A DNA stretch of 11,858 bases from Oligoflexus sp. (GCA_041736305.1 JBGSTX010000352.1:1-11858), one strand, 5' to 3'; shown: positions 1-7,839, counted from the first letter of the stretch. A program made the numbers and translations. The notes: a model not told the origin generated them from the sequence alone.

Positions 1-392
1 GATCCTTAATTCTTCTAATGGTCTTTGACCTTTTTGACGGTTTAGTTGGATTTTCTTCAGATTTTTCTATCAATTTTATCTCAAAGCTAAAATCTTGAGG
101 AAGCCTGTGGCTTATATAGTGAACTTCGTATGTCAGGCTTAAGTTCGCGTCAACGAAATTATCGGCACCTCAAACTCTTCTTACTTTTCTGGCTTTGACG
201 CAAGCGCATAAGAAAATTCCAGCTTCTCTGGGTAAACCTCAAGAGTTTGCCCATATTGCGGGAGAATTTCAGAGAGCTTCTTCACAGGTGGCCAGCTCAA
301 GACTAAAGGCCAGATCGGCTTCAGACAGACTGTCCTTGTAGGAAGCGTCAGATGAATCAACACTATTCGTTCCAGCTATCGACCCCATTGGG

Positions 393-701
393 GTGGATGC
401 TAATCATGAATACTATCCTCTCAACTCAGGGAAACTAATTGTTGTCGACAAATCCACGGGCCTCGCTTCAGCAATGGATGGTAAAATATATTCAGATCTG
501 GAAGTGATTCGTCATATTCAGGAGGTCAATTTTGGTTTGCAAGATCAAATGGAGCTCTTAGAAAAATATGTTTGGTGGGAGTCCGTAGTCAAACTTGAAC
601 ACAGCGTGGGCGCTGAGAAGGTAAACCTAGGAGAGTTCCGGGAAACTGGCCTCTATCGCGGAGAAATCGCCGATCCGAATTTTGAAGACACCATGACGTG
701 A
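393..701 (+). CDS. Hypothetical protein (102 aa), possibly a 5'-truncated fragment
   Basis: ORF with protein-like composition. GTG start without a convincing RBS; the frame stays open upstream to a TAG at 339-341, so the start is uncertain. No recognisable motif. Confidence 0.4.
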   Translation: MDANHEYYPLNSGKLIVVDKSTGLASAMDGKIYSDLEVIRHIQEVNFGLQDQMELLEKYVWWESVVKLEHSVGAEKVNLGEFRETGLYRGEIADPNFEDTMT

Positions 702-924
702 GGTTCCTGTCGGGCCTTCAGCCCCCACAAAGTAGAAGGATCTACCGGCCCCCACAGAGAAAGAATTTCTCAACAAAGCGCAAAGCAAGTCGTATCCGTG
801 GATACCGTATTCCCATTAATATGGACCAGGCCGCCAGGTCTCGCAAGATCGATGGCAGCATCCTACCTAATCAAGGCCTCTCGCAGGTTTCAACGAAATA
901 TCTAAGTACACAATAAAGAATTGT

Positions 925-954
925 TTGACTTACTAGATAATATTACCTAACAAT
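925..954 (+). promoter_or_regulatory. Possible sigma70 promoter for 991-1530
   Basis: TTGACT at 925-930 in an AT-rich stretch, with only an imperfect -10 (TAACAAT, 948-954). Flanked by the inverted pair ATTGTTT (920-926) / AAACAAT (960-966). Confidence 0.3.
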
Positions 955-990
955 CATTTAAACAATAGGCGAAATTTAAGGAGAAGTCTC

Positions 991-1530
991 ATGCTTCGAT
1001 GGGTTTCAAGTTTTGCTTTCTTTTGTATCGCGATGACAACAGCAAACGCTGCATCGGTCTCAGTCAGCAAGTCAAAGCAATCTTTTCGTTCGCCAGAAGA
1101 AATCCTAGGAGCGCTGAAAGATCATGAGAACAGCTGCGAAGCAGGCTGCACTTACTACGTTAAGGGTCTGAAGCAATCAAAGATTGTGCGCAGCGATAAT
1201 GAAGGCCAGATCGTCTGGCAGGAGTTAAAGACCCTGATTACAGTTCGTCAGTTTGTAGCCTATAGTGAAAGTCAGAAAAAAGATGGCACTCTTCTGCTCA
1301 AATCCGAATATCCAGAACAGAGCATTTTGGAAGAACTGAGTGCAAGCACCGGGCTACAACATCAAAGTAGCTTTCGCAATTTCCGTGTCTCTTGGGAATT
1401 AAGCCCTGTAGCAGGAGGTACTTTCGTTAACGCACGCATGGAAGTTGATCACTCCTTTCCTGAGGCACTTAATAAAATTATCGAACAGGAACTGAAAGCA
1501 AGCATCGATAGCGCCTTGCAAAGTATGTAA
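991..1530 (+). CDS. Secreted protein, probable SRPBCC/START-like (helix-grip) fold
   Basis: Strong RBS AAGGAG at 978-983. Sec signal peptide (MLRWVSSFAFFCIAMTTANA|AS) and a CxxxC pair. C-terminal FRNFRVSWELSPVAGGTFVNARMEVD followed by a long terminal helix is the typical SRPBCC ending. Confidence 0.75.
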   Translation: MLRWVSSFAFFCIAMTTANAASVSVSKSKQSFRSPEEILGALKDHENSCEAGCTYYVKGLKQSKIVRSDNEGQIVWQELKTLITVRQFVAYSESQKKDGTLLLKSEYPEQSILEELSASTGLQHQSSFRNFRVSWELSPVAGGTFVNARMEVDHSFPEALNKIIEQELKASIDSALQSM

Positions 1531-1537
1531 GCTGACG

Positions 1538-1604
1538 AGCGCTAGCCAGCCGACCTTTTGAAAGTCGATGGAAAGAACAAATCCGGCTGACTAGCGTGCT
1601 TTTT
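1538..1604 (+). terminator. Long-loop hairpin plus T-tract after the 991-1530 stop; possible terminator
   Basis: CGCTAGCCAGCCG (1540-1552) pairs with CGGCTGACTAGCG (1584-1596) at 12/13 (the mismatch is G-U on the minus strand), followed by TTTTT at 1600-1604. The 31-nt loop is atypical. Confidence 0.4.
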
Positions 1605-1699
1605 CACCTAATCTTGTCGGCAGGAATGAGCGGACTGAGATGCTCAAGAAACTGTTTCTCGGTGATTTCGTCGATAGCAGTCTCAAGTTGATTCAGAAA
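1604..1699 (-). pseudogene. Possible start-less C-terminal gene remnant (FLNQLETAIDEITEKQFLEHLSPLIPADKIR*)
   Basis: Minus-strand frame gives an amphipathic-helix-like peptide ending at TGA (1606-1604). There is no in-frame start before the upstream stop, which lies inside the 1709-1756 terminator. Confidence 0.3.
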
Positions 1700-1708
1700 A
1701 CAGACGAC

Positions 1709-1756
1709 AAAAAAAGCTGTTCAAACGATCTCCTACCAGAGTCGATCGCGAACAGC
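1709..1756 (-). terminator. Rho-independent terminator of the 1824-2339 gene
   Basis: Stem GCTGTTC (1716-1722)/GAACAGC (1750-1756) plus CGATC (1726-1730)/GATCG (1744-1748). A7 at 1709-1715 reads as U7 after the hairpin on the minus strand. Confidence 0.7.
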
Positions 1757-1823
1757 AATTAATCACCGTGATGAGAATACGCGCGTCTTGGACCAAGAGT
1801 AGGGATCTCTCAGCCCAAGCTTT

Positions 1824-2339
1824 TTAGAGTCGACCGGCCACGACAAAGTCGATGCCGACAGTGCTTTGGTCAGCAGCGCAGCCTTTAGTGCCGTCGCTAT
1901 CTGGAATCATGAGAGTGATGTGATGAGGACGGCCCCAGTAGAGATACTTGTTGAAGGCTAGGGCTTCGTCGAGGAGCGCTTTACCCACGGCACAGCTGGC
2001 ATCTTTAGCCGTCGAGTAGGCTTTGGAGTCGACGAGTTTCATAGTGTAGCCGGCGTTATCGGCAAACATGAGCGCGCTGTAGTTGCAGAGATTTTCATCT
2101 TCGACAAAAGTAGCTTTGATTAGCCCGTTATCGAGAGAGTAATCGGAAGTTAAGGTCTTAAAGCTTGCTTGGATTTCCTCCAGAGCTTCAGGTCCCGAGA
2201 CTTTCTGCGTCGTTGCGGCGCCACAGACATAGCCGCCATTATTGGCAAGCCATCTTTCGCCAGGCAAAACGAGATCTTCGGCTGCGACAGCTGAGAATGA
2301 GGACGAGAGAAGGGTCGCAAGCAAGGCTTGTTTCAGCAT
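1824..2339 (-). CDS. Secreted hypothetical protein, 4 Cys, YLYWGRPHH motif; probably iron(Fur)-regulated
   Basis: RBS AGGAG (2350-2346), Sec signal peptide (MLKQALLATLLSSSFSAVA|AE), Cys39/85/116/154, and its own promoter and terminator. Confidence 0.85.
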   Translation of the reverse strand: MLKQALLATLLSSSFSAVAAEDLVLPGERWLANNGGYVCGAATTQKVSGPEALEEIQASFKTLTSDYSLDNGLIKATFVEDENLCNYSALMFADNAGYTMKLVDSKAYSTAKDASCAVGKALLDEALAFNKYLYWGRPHHITLMIPDSDGTKGCAADQSTVGIDFVVAGRL

Positions 2340-2376
2340 AGTAAACTCCTGATAACATTGAATCGCTTCACATAGT

Positions 2377-2398
2377 GATAATGATAATCAACATTATC
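2377..2398. promoter_or_regulatory. Fur box
   Basis: GATAATGATAATCAACATT (2377-2395) matches the consensus GATAATGATAATCATTATC at 16/19, with the first 14 exact. Also the inverted repeat GATAATG-N8-CATTATC (2377-2398). Overlaps the -10 of the promoter. Confidence 0.8.
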
Positions 2399-2410
2399 TA
2401 GGCTTGTCAA
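2381..2410 (-). promoter_or_regulatory. Sigma70 promoter of 1824-2339
   Basis: Minus strand TTGACA (2410-2405), 18-bp spacer, TATCAT (2386-2381), about 40 bp upstream of the ATG. Confidence 0.75.
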
Positions 2411-2439
2411 GGCTGAGATGCAGCTAAGGTTTCTTTCTC

Positions 2440-4203
2440 TTATTGGGCGTCGAGTTCAGCTGCTAAATAAGACCGCACCTCAGGCAGAGACGTCATCGAC
2501 CGCAGCTGATCGATCGCATCAACAACTTTTGCTGGATTATTCTGATGTACATGGATGAGGGTCCGGGCTGCCATCTGTTGTAGGTCCGCGTCGGGATAAC
2601 GAAGTGAGTTCTGTACCAGCTTCTGGTACTCGCGGCTGCTCATATCGCGATAATCAATTGCTTTGTAAGCTTCGCGCAGAACGTCCTTATCCTTTTCCTT
2701 TTCAAGCACACCCAAGAGCAGTTCATTAATCTCGACTTGAGGCAGGGAACGTAAGCTATAGACCGCTGCAGCACGGATCTGGGATCGAGCCGACATCGTT
2801 TCTGCCTCCAGAGCTGAGAGATATTCAGGTGCTCCGTGATTACCCATAGCGGCCAGAATAGTTGTCTTTTGCTCACTGCGCTCAGGCTTAGCCAATTCAC
2901 TCAGCATAAAAGGTGACACCTTGCTAACTTTCTCACCAAGTTTCTGAGCCAGCGCACCGGCGCTCAGGAGAGCCGTACCAGAGACTTCTTGATCCCGACT
3001 CTTTTCAGCCAGGGCAAGCATACGCTCAGCAGCATCAAGACTGGGCCGAGGGTGATCGCTGATTCCTACGATAGCCTGAACTCTACAGTAAGAGTCTGGG
3101 CACGCATCGGCGAGCCTGAGCAACTCGTTTATAGTCTCAGCGCTGCGACTCTGGGCCAGCGCGCCGAACATGAGGGAAAGCCTTCGCCTGGCGCTTTCGC
3201 CGCTACTGCCGGTCGAGAGAATCTTTTCGCTTATCTCACTGGCTCGGCTTGGCTCATCTTGCAAAGCCTCTTTAAGCAGAGAAAATATCTTATAAACCTC
3301 ACCGCTCGAACTGCTTCCTTCAATCTGATCGATACGTTCTACAATTTTCTCATAGTCCGCTGGATTGCTCACCGCAGCTTCCTCCTGGGGCATGCTATCG
3401 ATTTTCACCTTCTTCAGATTTTTCTGAACTGAGGGAATCGTCGAGTAGGCTAGCGTTTGCTCCTTGAGCTTCATCGATATCAGCGTCCGATAAGATATCG
3501 GAGGACTCGTATCGTAGTGGACAGTCAGGATACCCTCAACGCTGAGGAGCTTGCCTTCAGGACTATAGATATAGCGAAATCCATTCTCTTGCTGGTCGAG
3601 CTTGATACCCCGCCCTTTATAGGCCAACCAAGTCTTGCTCACTTCCAGAATCTTGCCAGACTCCGCGGCATAGCGAGCGGTATAAGTTCCGAGATCATCT
3701 TTTTCTTCTCGCTCTGCCGAACGAGCTTGAGTCTGCTTCCAGCCTTTGGGAAGGATGACCTTGTGCAGAAAGCCAAGCTGTATTTTCTGAATTTGGAGCG
3801 GGATCTCGTCGGGAATCAAATGTTCGAGATATACCTCGCCGCTACTATAGACGCTTCTTATGGGTTTTTGCTCGAGTATCCTAAAGTCCTGCAGCAGATC
3901 TTTACCCAACATCTTAGCCCGGCTGAGGGAGGACCAGCTGCTGACAATCGCCTCGTCATCAAACGCCTCCTGCTGGAGAACACCTTCAAGATCAAGCAGC
4001 ATAGTATTTCCAGAATCACCTTGCTTCTCTTCCAGCTGGATGAGCACGGCGTATTCATGCGAACTACTGTTCTCTGGAGCTGAATCTTTGTCAGAAATGG
4101 TACTACTCTCAGCTAAAGATGCTGTCTTAGAATAGAGGATGTAGGTGACGGCGACACCCAAAGAAACGACTATTAGTATTTTCTTAAGAGATACGTCCAT
4201 CAC
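2440..4203 (-). CDS. Membrane-anchored HEAT-repeat protein with a vitellogenin/MTP-like (LLT module) N-terminal beta domain and alpha-helical domain
   Basis: 587-aa ORF with a GGAGG RBS just upstream of GTG-ATG. KK + hydrophobic anchor at aa 7-25. EKDDLGTYTARY...LEVSKT at aa 167-191. HEAT-like helices ALLSAGALAQKL, ILAAMGNHGAPE and IRAAAVYSLRSL. Confidence 0.8.
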   Translation of the reverse strand: MMDVSLKKILIVVSLGVAVTYILYSKTASLAESSTISDKDSAPENSSSHEYAVLIQLEEKQGDSGNTMLLDLEGVLQQEAFDDEAIVSSWSSLSRAKMLGKDLLQDFRILEQKPIRSVYSSGEVYLEHLIPDEIPLQIQKIQLGFLHKVILPKGWKQTQARSAEREEKDDLGTYTARYAAESGKILEVSKTWLAYKGRGIKLDQQENGFRYIYSPEGKLLSVEGILTVHYDTSPPISYRTLISMKLKEQTLAYSTIPSVQKNLKKVKIDSMPQEEAAVSNPADYEKIVERIDQIEGSSSSGEVYKIFSLLKEALQDEPSRASEISEKILSTGSSGESARRRLSLMFGALAQSRSAETINELLRLADACPDSYCRVQAIVGISDHPRPSLDAAERMLALAEKSRDQEVSGTALLSAGALAQKLGEKVSKVSPFMLSELAKPERSEQKTTILAAMGNHGAPEYLSALEAETMSARSQIRAAAVYSLRSLPQVEINELLLGVLEKEKDKDVLREAYKAIDYRDMSSREYQKLVQNSLRYPDADLQQMAARTLIHVHQNNPAKVVDAIDQLRSMTSLPEVRSYLAAELDAQ

Positions 4204-4237
4204 AAAATTCCTCCATTCGGTTCCAGAGCGATCAATA

Positions 4238-5449
4238 CTACTTGCAGAGCTTAAGGTTCTTATCGCGAATATCAGCCAGGTAGCCGAGAGATGCAGTCGC
4301 CATCTGTGCTTCGATATCCTTCAGATCCTGGGAGTAGGCTGTAAGAAGATCGACGTGCTCCCCAAGCACTTTATCGATTTCTTCCGTCACAAATTTGCAG
4401 TCTCCCAAGCTATAAGGTTCTTTGCCCATCCTCGAGAAAGAGGTGCCGAAACTGGGAACATCTCGTTCAAGTAAGGGCTTTGGATCCCAGACCGTATGCT
4501 GCCATTCCCAGGATGTTTTCTCGATCCCAATCCGTTTAAGGACTCTCTTCCATAATGCTTGATCGATATCTGCCGGTAGTAGGCCCGCGACGCCTGCCTT
4601 AGCAAGGATGAAAACCTCACCGTCGATGCCGCTTATCTCGCCACCGTCTACCCCGATGTGACCATAGGCAAATTGGTTGGCGGGGATGTAGCCCAAGTTC
4701 GCTGTAGCTGCGATACTGAGATCCAGCATCTTTACGAGGCCACCAATCTCTGCTGAAGCAAATTTAAGGGCCTGAATTCCACCGGCGAGACCGGCGCTGA
4801 TAGAGGTCTTCGGCTTGAACAATACAGTCATCATCTGATCGTTGCGAACGCCGATTTCAGCTTTGAGTCCAACCTCACCACCTATATTCCCACCCACTTT
4901 AACGCCGAGGAAAGGAACGGGGTAATAAACTGTTTCTAGGTTTAAATCGCGAGTAAAGCTTTGGTCGAGGTTCTTGCCGACTTTACCACTGTATTTGTCC
5001 TGCCCAAGAAAGCGAACATGAGCTTCAAGACTGGTCGTTGCAAGGTCAGCCACTGCACCAAGATCGAGTATAGAACCGCGACCATCTATGCCGACTCGAC
5101 GAGAGAAGACGTAACCATCCAACCAATAGGCCGCGGTGACAGCACGCTGAGAGCCGAAAAATCCCTCCTCGCCTTTGCCTTCGACCAACAAGTTGGTCTC
5201 AGCGCGGAATTTGCCCTTTTCGCCGAAGAATAGGTAGGCATCGCTACTGCCGACTGCGCTCTTAAGACTGGTAATTTTCGGATTTTCGCGGACGTAGCGG
5301 GCAAGGTTGAAACGCTCGGAACTTTTATCTTTCACTTCAGCTAAAACAATTGCTTCATCGTCAGAGTCTTTCTGATTACGCCCACAAGCGGAGACTATGC
5401 TCGCTATTGTGAGCACCTGTAAAGTTTTGAGTCGCCAATCAATCCGCAT
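4238..5449 (-). CDS. Beta-strand-rich lipoprotein, candidate LLTP C-terminal beta-sheet homolog
   Basis: Start re-called to ATG 5449 (GGAG 9 nt upstream; the ORF track starts at TTG 5500). Lipobox IVSA|C at Cys22. Gly/aliphatic amphipathic strands (VKVGGNIGGEVGLKAEIG). Only 34 bp from the downstream HEAT gene. Confidence 0.8.
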   Translation of the reverse strand: MRIDWRLKTLQVLTIASIVSACGRNQKDSDDEAIVLAEVKDKSSERFNLARYVRENPKITSLKSAVGSSDAYLFFGEKGKFRAETNLLVEGKGEEGFFGSQRAVTAAYWLDGYVFSRRVGIDGRGSILDLGAVADLATTSLEAHVRFLGQDKYSGKVGKNLDQSFTRDLNLETVYYPVPFLGVKVGGNIGGEVGLKAEIGVRNDQMMTVLFKPKTSISAGLAGGIQALKFASAEIGGLVKMLDLSIAATANLGYIPANQFAYGHIGVDGGEISGIDGEVFILAKAGVAGLLPADIDQALWKRVLKRIGIEKTSWEWQHTVWDPKPLLERDVPSFGTSFSRMGKEPYSLGDCKFVTEEIDKVLGEHVDLLTAYSQDLKDIEAQMATASLGYLADIRDKNLKLCK

Positions 5450-5695
5450 CAACATCAACTCCGCTTTGAGAAATAGCACGCTACTCATTCCCCTAAGCAA
5501 TTTGTTTGCCCAAATTTTATGCAGGTAAATTCGACCCTTATACTCAGCTCCCCTTGACAGTCGTTAGAAGACTGACACAGCCAATTCAGCAGCAAGCCAG
5601 CGGTAAAACTAAGAATCAAAAAATGCCAGGAGCGCTAGAGCCCAGAGAATCTTAAGATGCGAAGAGAGTCTATTCGCGAATCATGGAGAAACCCG

Positions 5696-6541
5696 ATGGC
5701 GAAGTCTGCATCCGTAGCCGAAGAAGTAGCTGCCCACTATGATAATCTCGACCGCTTTTACCGAGAGATCTGGGGAGAACATGTGCATCATGGATTATGG
5801 GAGACAGGGCGCGAATCCCCCGAAGAAGCGACTCTCCTTCTGAGCAAGCGAATGGCTGAGTTGGCAGAAATTAGAGGCGGTGAGCGCGTGTGTGACATTG
5901 GTTGCGGCTATGGTGGCACATCTCGCTTTTTAGCAAATAATTATGGAGCCCGCGTGCTCGGTCTCACCCTCTCTCAAAAGCAGTTCAGCTACGCCAAAGC
6001 TCAGAAAAATACGACAGCAGGACCAGAGCTCGACTTTCTCTGCGAGGATTTCCTCACGGCGGATTTGCCGAAGGAAGGCTTCGATGCTCTTATTTCGATA
6101 GAATGTATCGAGCATATGGCGGATAAGCAGGCTTTCTTTGAGAAGGCTTACAGCCTCCTTCCCTCAGGTGGACGCTTTGCTTTTGCTGTCTGGACGAGCG
6201 CAGAGTCGGCAAGCGAGTGGCAGAAACGAAGCCTTCTCGATCCGATCTGTAAGGAAGGTCGGATGCCTGATCTTCCCCGTGCTAGCGAATGGCGGCGGCT
6301 TATCGAAGACGCAGGATTTAAGCTCACACATCAGAGTGATGTGGCCCAGCAGGTCAAGAAAACCTGGGCAATATGCTGCCGACGCCTTATTAAAAACGTC
6401 CTCGTCGATCCCTCTTATCGCCAGTTCCTATGGAGCGATCCGGCCAATGATAAGGTCTTCGCGCTCACTCTCTTCCGCCTCTACCTAGCCTTTGAAACGA
6501 AGGCTATGCGCTACTGGCTTTTTGCAGGCAAGAAGCCATAA
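5696..6541 (+). CDS. Class I SAM-dependent methyltransferase, gamma-tocopherol/sterol methyltransferase-like
   Basis: HYD...YREIWGEHVHHGLW N-terminal motif, SAM motif VCDIGCGYGG, GLTLSQKQ and FDALISIECIEHMADK. Start re-called to ATG 5696 (GGAG RBS at 5685-5688). Confidence 0.9.
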   Translation: MAKSASVAEEVAAHYDNLDRFYREIWGEHVHHGLWETGRESPEEATLLLSKRMAELAEIRGGERVCDIGCGYGGTSRFLANNYGARVLGLTLSQKQFSYAKAQKNTTAGPELDFLCEDFLTADLPKEGFDALISIECIEHMADKQAFFEKAYSLLPSGGRFAFAVWTSAESASEWQKRSLLDPICKEGRMPDLPRASEWRRLIEDAGFKLTHQSDVAQQVKKTWAICCRRLIKNVLVDPSYRQFLWSDPANDKVFALTLFRLYLAFETKAMRYWLFAGKKP

Positions 6542-6586
6542 GCGCATTTTTCTGTAAAAGAGGGAAGGGGAGTACCTCACCGAGGG

Positions 6587-7837
6587 CTAAGACGATAGAA
6601 GTCCCTTCAGAGCGCCAGCGGAAGCATAAGCACCCGTTGGCGTCCCCCCCAGGAGCTGGGCCAGCGAATAGAGCAGTTGGGTATGCGGTACATTCATGCA
6701 GTCGAGAATTCGCCCCGTTTTATAAGTCGCCAGTCCCCGCCCACCCACCAGATAGTAAGGCATATCTTTTCTACTGTGCGAAGCCCCCTGGGCGATTTCC
6801 GTAACGACCAGCACGAGAGAATTATCGAGCATAGACCCGCTGCGACCGGCTCGTGGTTCCGGTCTTGCTGCTAAGAGATCGAATAGGGTAACAAGTTGCT
6901 GATTCAGCCATTTTTTCTGCTGGGCGTGGATGGCTCCACTGTTGTGCGAAGCCTGATGACTCTCCATCGGCCCTTCGTTATTCCAGCGCTTGAGCCAATC
7001 AAAATCCATCTTGATCGGACTCGTATGCCGAGAGAACTGCAAGGTCGCGACCTGCGCCAGACCACATTCCATAGCCTGCACAAGGTTTTGCATTTGCATC
7101 TTCGTGATCAAGGGCGCGGTTTTATCAGTCCACTTTTGACTGTCTTCAAAGGGGAAATCCCCTAGGTCATACGCCCGGCAGCTGCCCGTGCTCTTCAAGA
7201 GCACCTGAATTTGTTTGAGGTGCTGTTCGAGCTTAGTCTTCTCCCGATCGAGATCGGTCTTTGCGAGCAGACTCCGCAGTTCTTTTTCCACGTTCGTAAG
7301 TAGGCCTGTATCTATAGAATCAGCCTGCAGCCCACTGCTTTTGAAGAGTCTTTGATAAACAGCCAGTGGATTATCGTCAGCGATCTTTTCGGCGCCACCA
7401 GGAAGGAAACTAATCGAATGCCCCTGATTTTTACTGGCTTGGACGCCAAGATGCAGAAGAGGCTGCCTGAACTGATCGGCAAGATGAACATCGAGCGAGC
7501 CTTCCGCAGGATTCGTGCTGCCCGAGAGTAGGCAGCGAGCCGCCTCATCGTGCCCATCACCCGAGCCATCGAGGAGATTCAAGCGGCGAAGCAAGACCAA
7601 GTGATCGCGATAGGGCGCAAGAGGTGCGAGCGACTCAGGCAGATCCACGATAGGGCCAGATAGCTCCGAGGGATGCCACTGCTCAAGAAAGGCTCCATCC
7701 GGATGATAGATCACGATAAGCCGTTCGGCTTTACTAGGATCAAACGAAGTGGGAGAAGTCTGGCCGAGGGTCTCACGGGCCCAGACCAAAGAAGCCAGAC
7801 CAGCCATGTACTGCAGAAAAATGCGACGCTCCATCAT
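6587..7837 (-). CDS. DUF1552 domain protein with a Tat-like signal
   Basis: Start re-called to ATG 7837 (GGAGG 8 nt upstream, inside the previous gene's end). MMERRIFL twin-arginine motif. Family motifs RLIVIYHPDG, LAPLAPYRDHL, SLDVHLA, HQASH, SMLDNSLV...TEIAQGASHSRKDMPYYLVGG. Canonical position after a DUF1592 gene. Confidence 0.88.
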   Translation of the reverse strand: MMERRIFLQYMAGLASLVWARETLGQTSPTSFDPSKAERLIVIYHPDGAFLEQWHPSELSGPIVDLPESLAPLAPYRDHLVLLRRLNLLDGSGDGHDEAARCLLSGSTNPAEGSLDVHLADQFRQPLLHLGVQASKNQGHSISFLPGGAEKIADDNPLAVYQRLFKSSGLQADSIDTGLLTNVEKELRSLLAKTDLDREKTKLEQHLKQIQVLLKSTGSCRAYDLGDFPFEDSQKWTDKTAPLITKMQMQNLVQAMECGLAQVATLQFSRHTSPIKMDFDWLKRWNNEGPMESHQASHNSGAIHAQQKKWLNQQLVTLFDLLAARPEPRAGRSGSMLDNSLVLVVTEIAQGASHSRKDMPYYLVGGRGLATYKTGRILDCMNVPHTQLLYSLAQLLGGTPTGAYASAGALKGLLSS

Positions 7838-7839
7838 CC

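Noticed and set aside
1-172. Minus-strand frame open to the window edge (..LIEKSEENPTKPSKRSKTIRRIKD)
   Set aside because: Could be the start of a gene leaving the window, but it has no ATG or RBS and is too short to call.
181-363. 60-aa minus-strand ORF
   Set aside because: TTG start, no clear RBS, no motif; cannot be supported.
721-756. GCCCCCACA repeat as a mini-CRISPR
   Set aside because: Only two 9-bp copies, far too short, and no cas genes are present.
698-916. 72-aa plus-strand ORF
   Set aside because: Arg/Pro/Ser-rich, unprotein-like composition over a hairpin-rich region. The repeated PPQ merely reflects the GCCCCCACA DNA repeat.
936-960. Second Fur-like site (GATAATATT...AATCATT) upstream of 991
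   Set aside because: Only about 10/19 match in AT-rich DNA.
2640-5304. Alternative-frame and antisense ORFs inside the HEAT and lipoprotein genes (e.g. 2989-3432, 3457-4083, 4145-4474)
   Set aside because: Shadow ORFs of well-supported genes, with no motifs.
5554-5582. TTGACA as the -35 for the methyltransferase
   Set aside because: No acceptable -10 at 16-18 bp spacing.
1537-5648. Shared GAGCGCTAG word in two intergenic regions (near 1537 and 5630) as a REP-like repeat
   Set aside because: Only 9 bp, with dissimilar flanks; compatible with chance.
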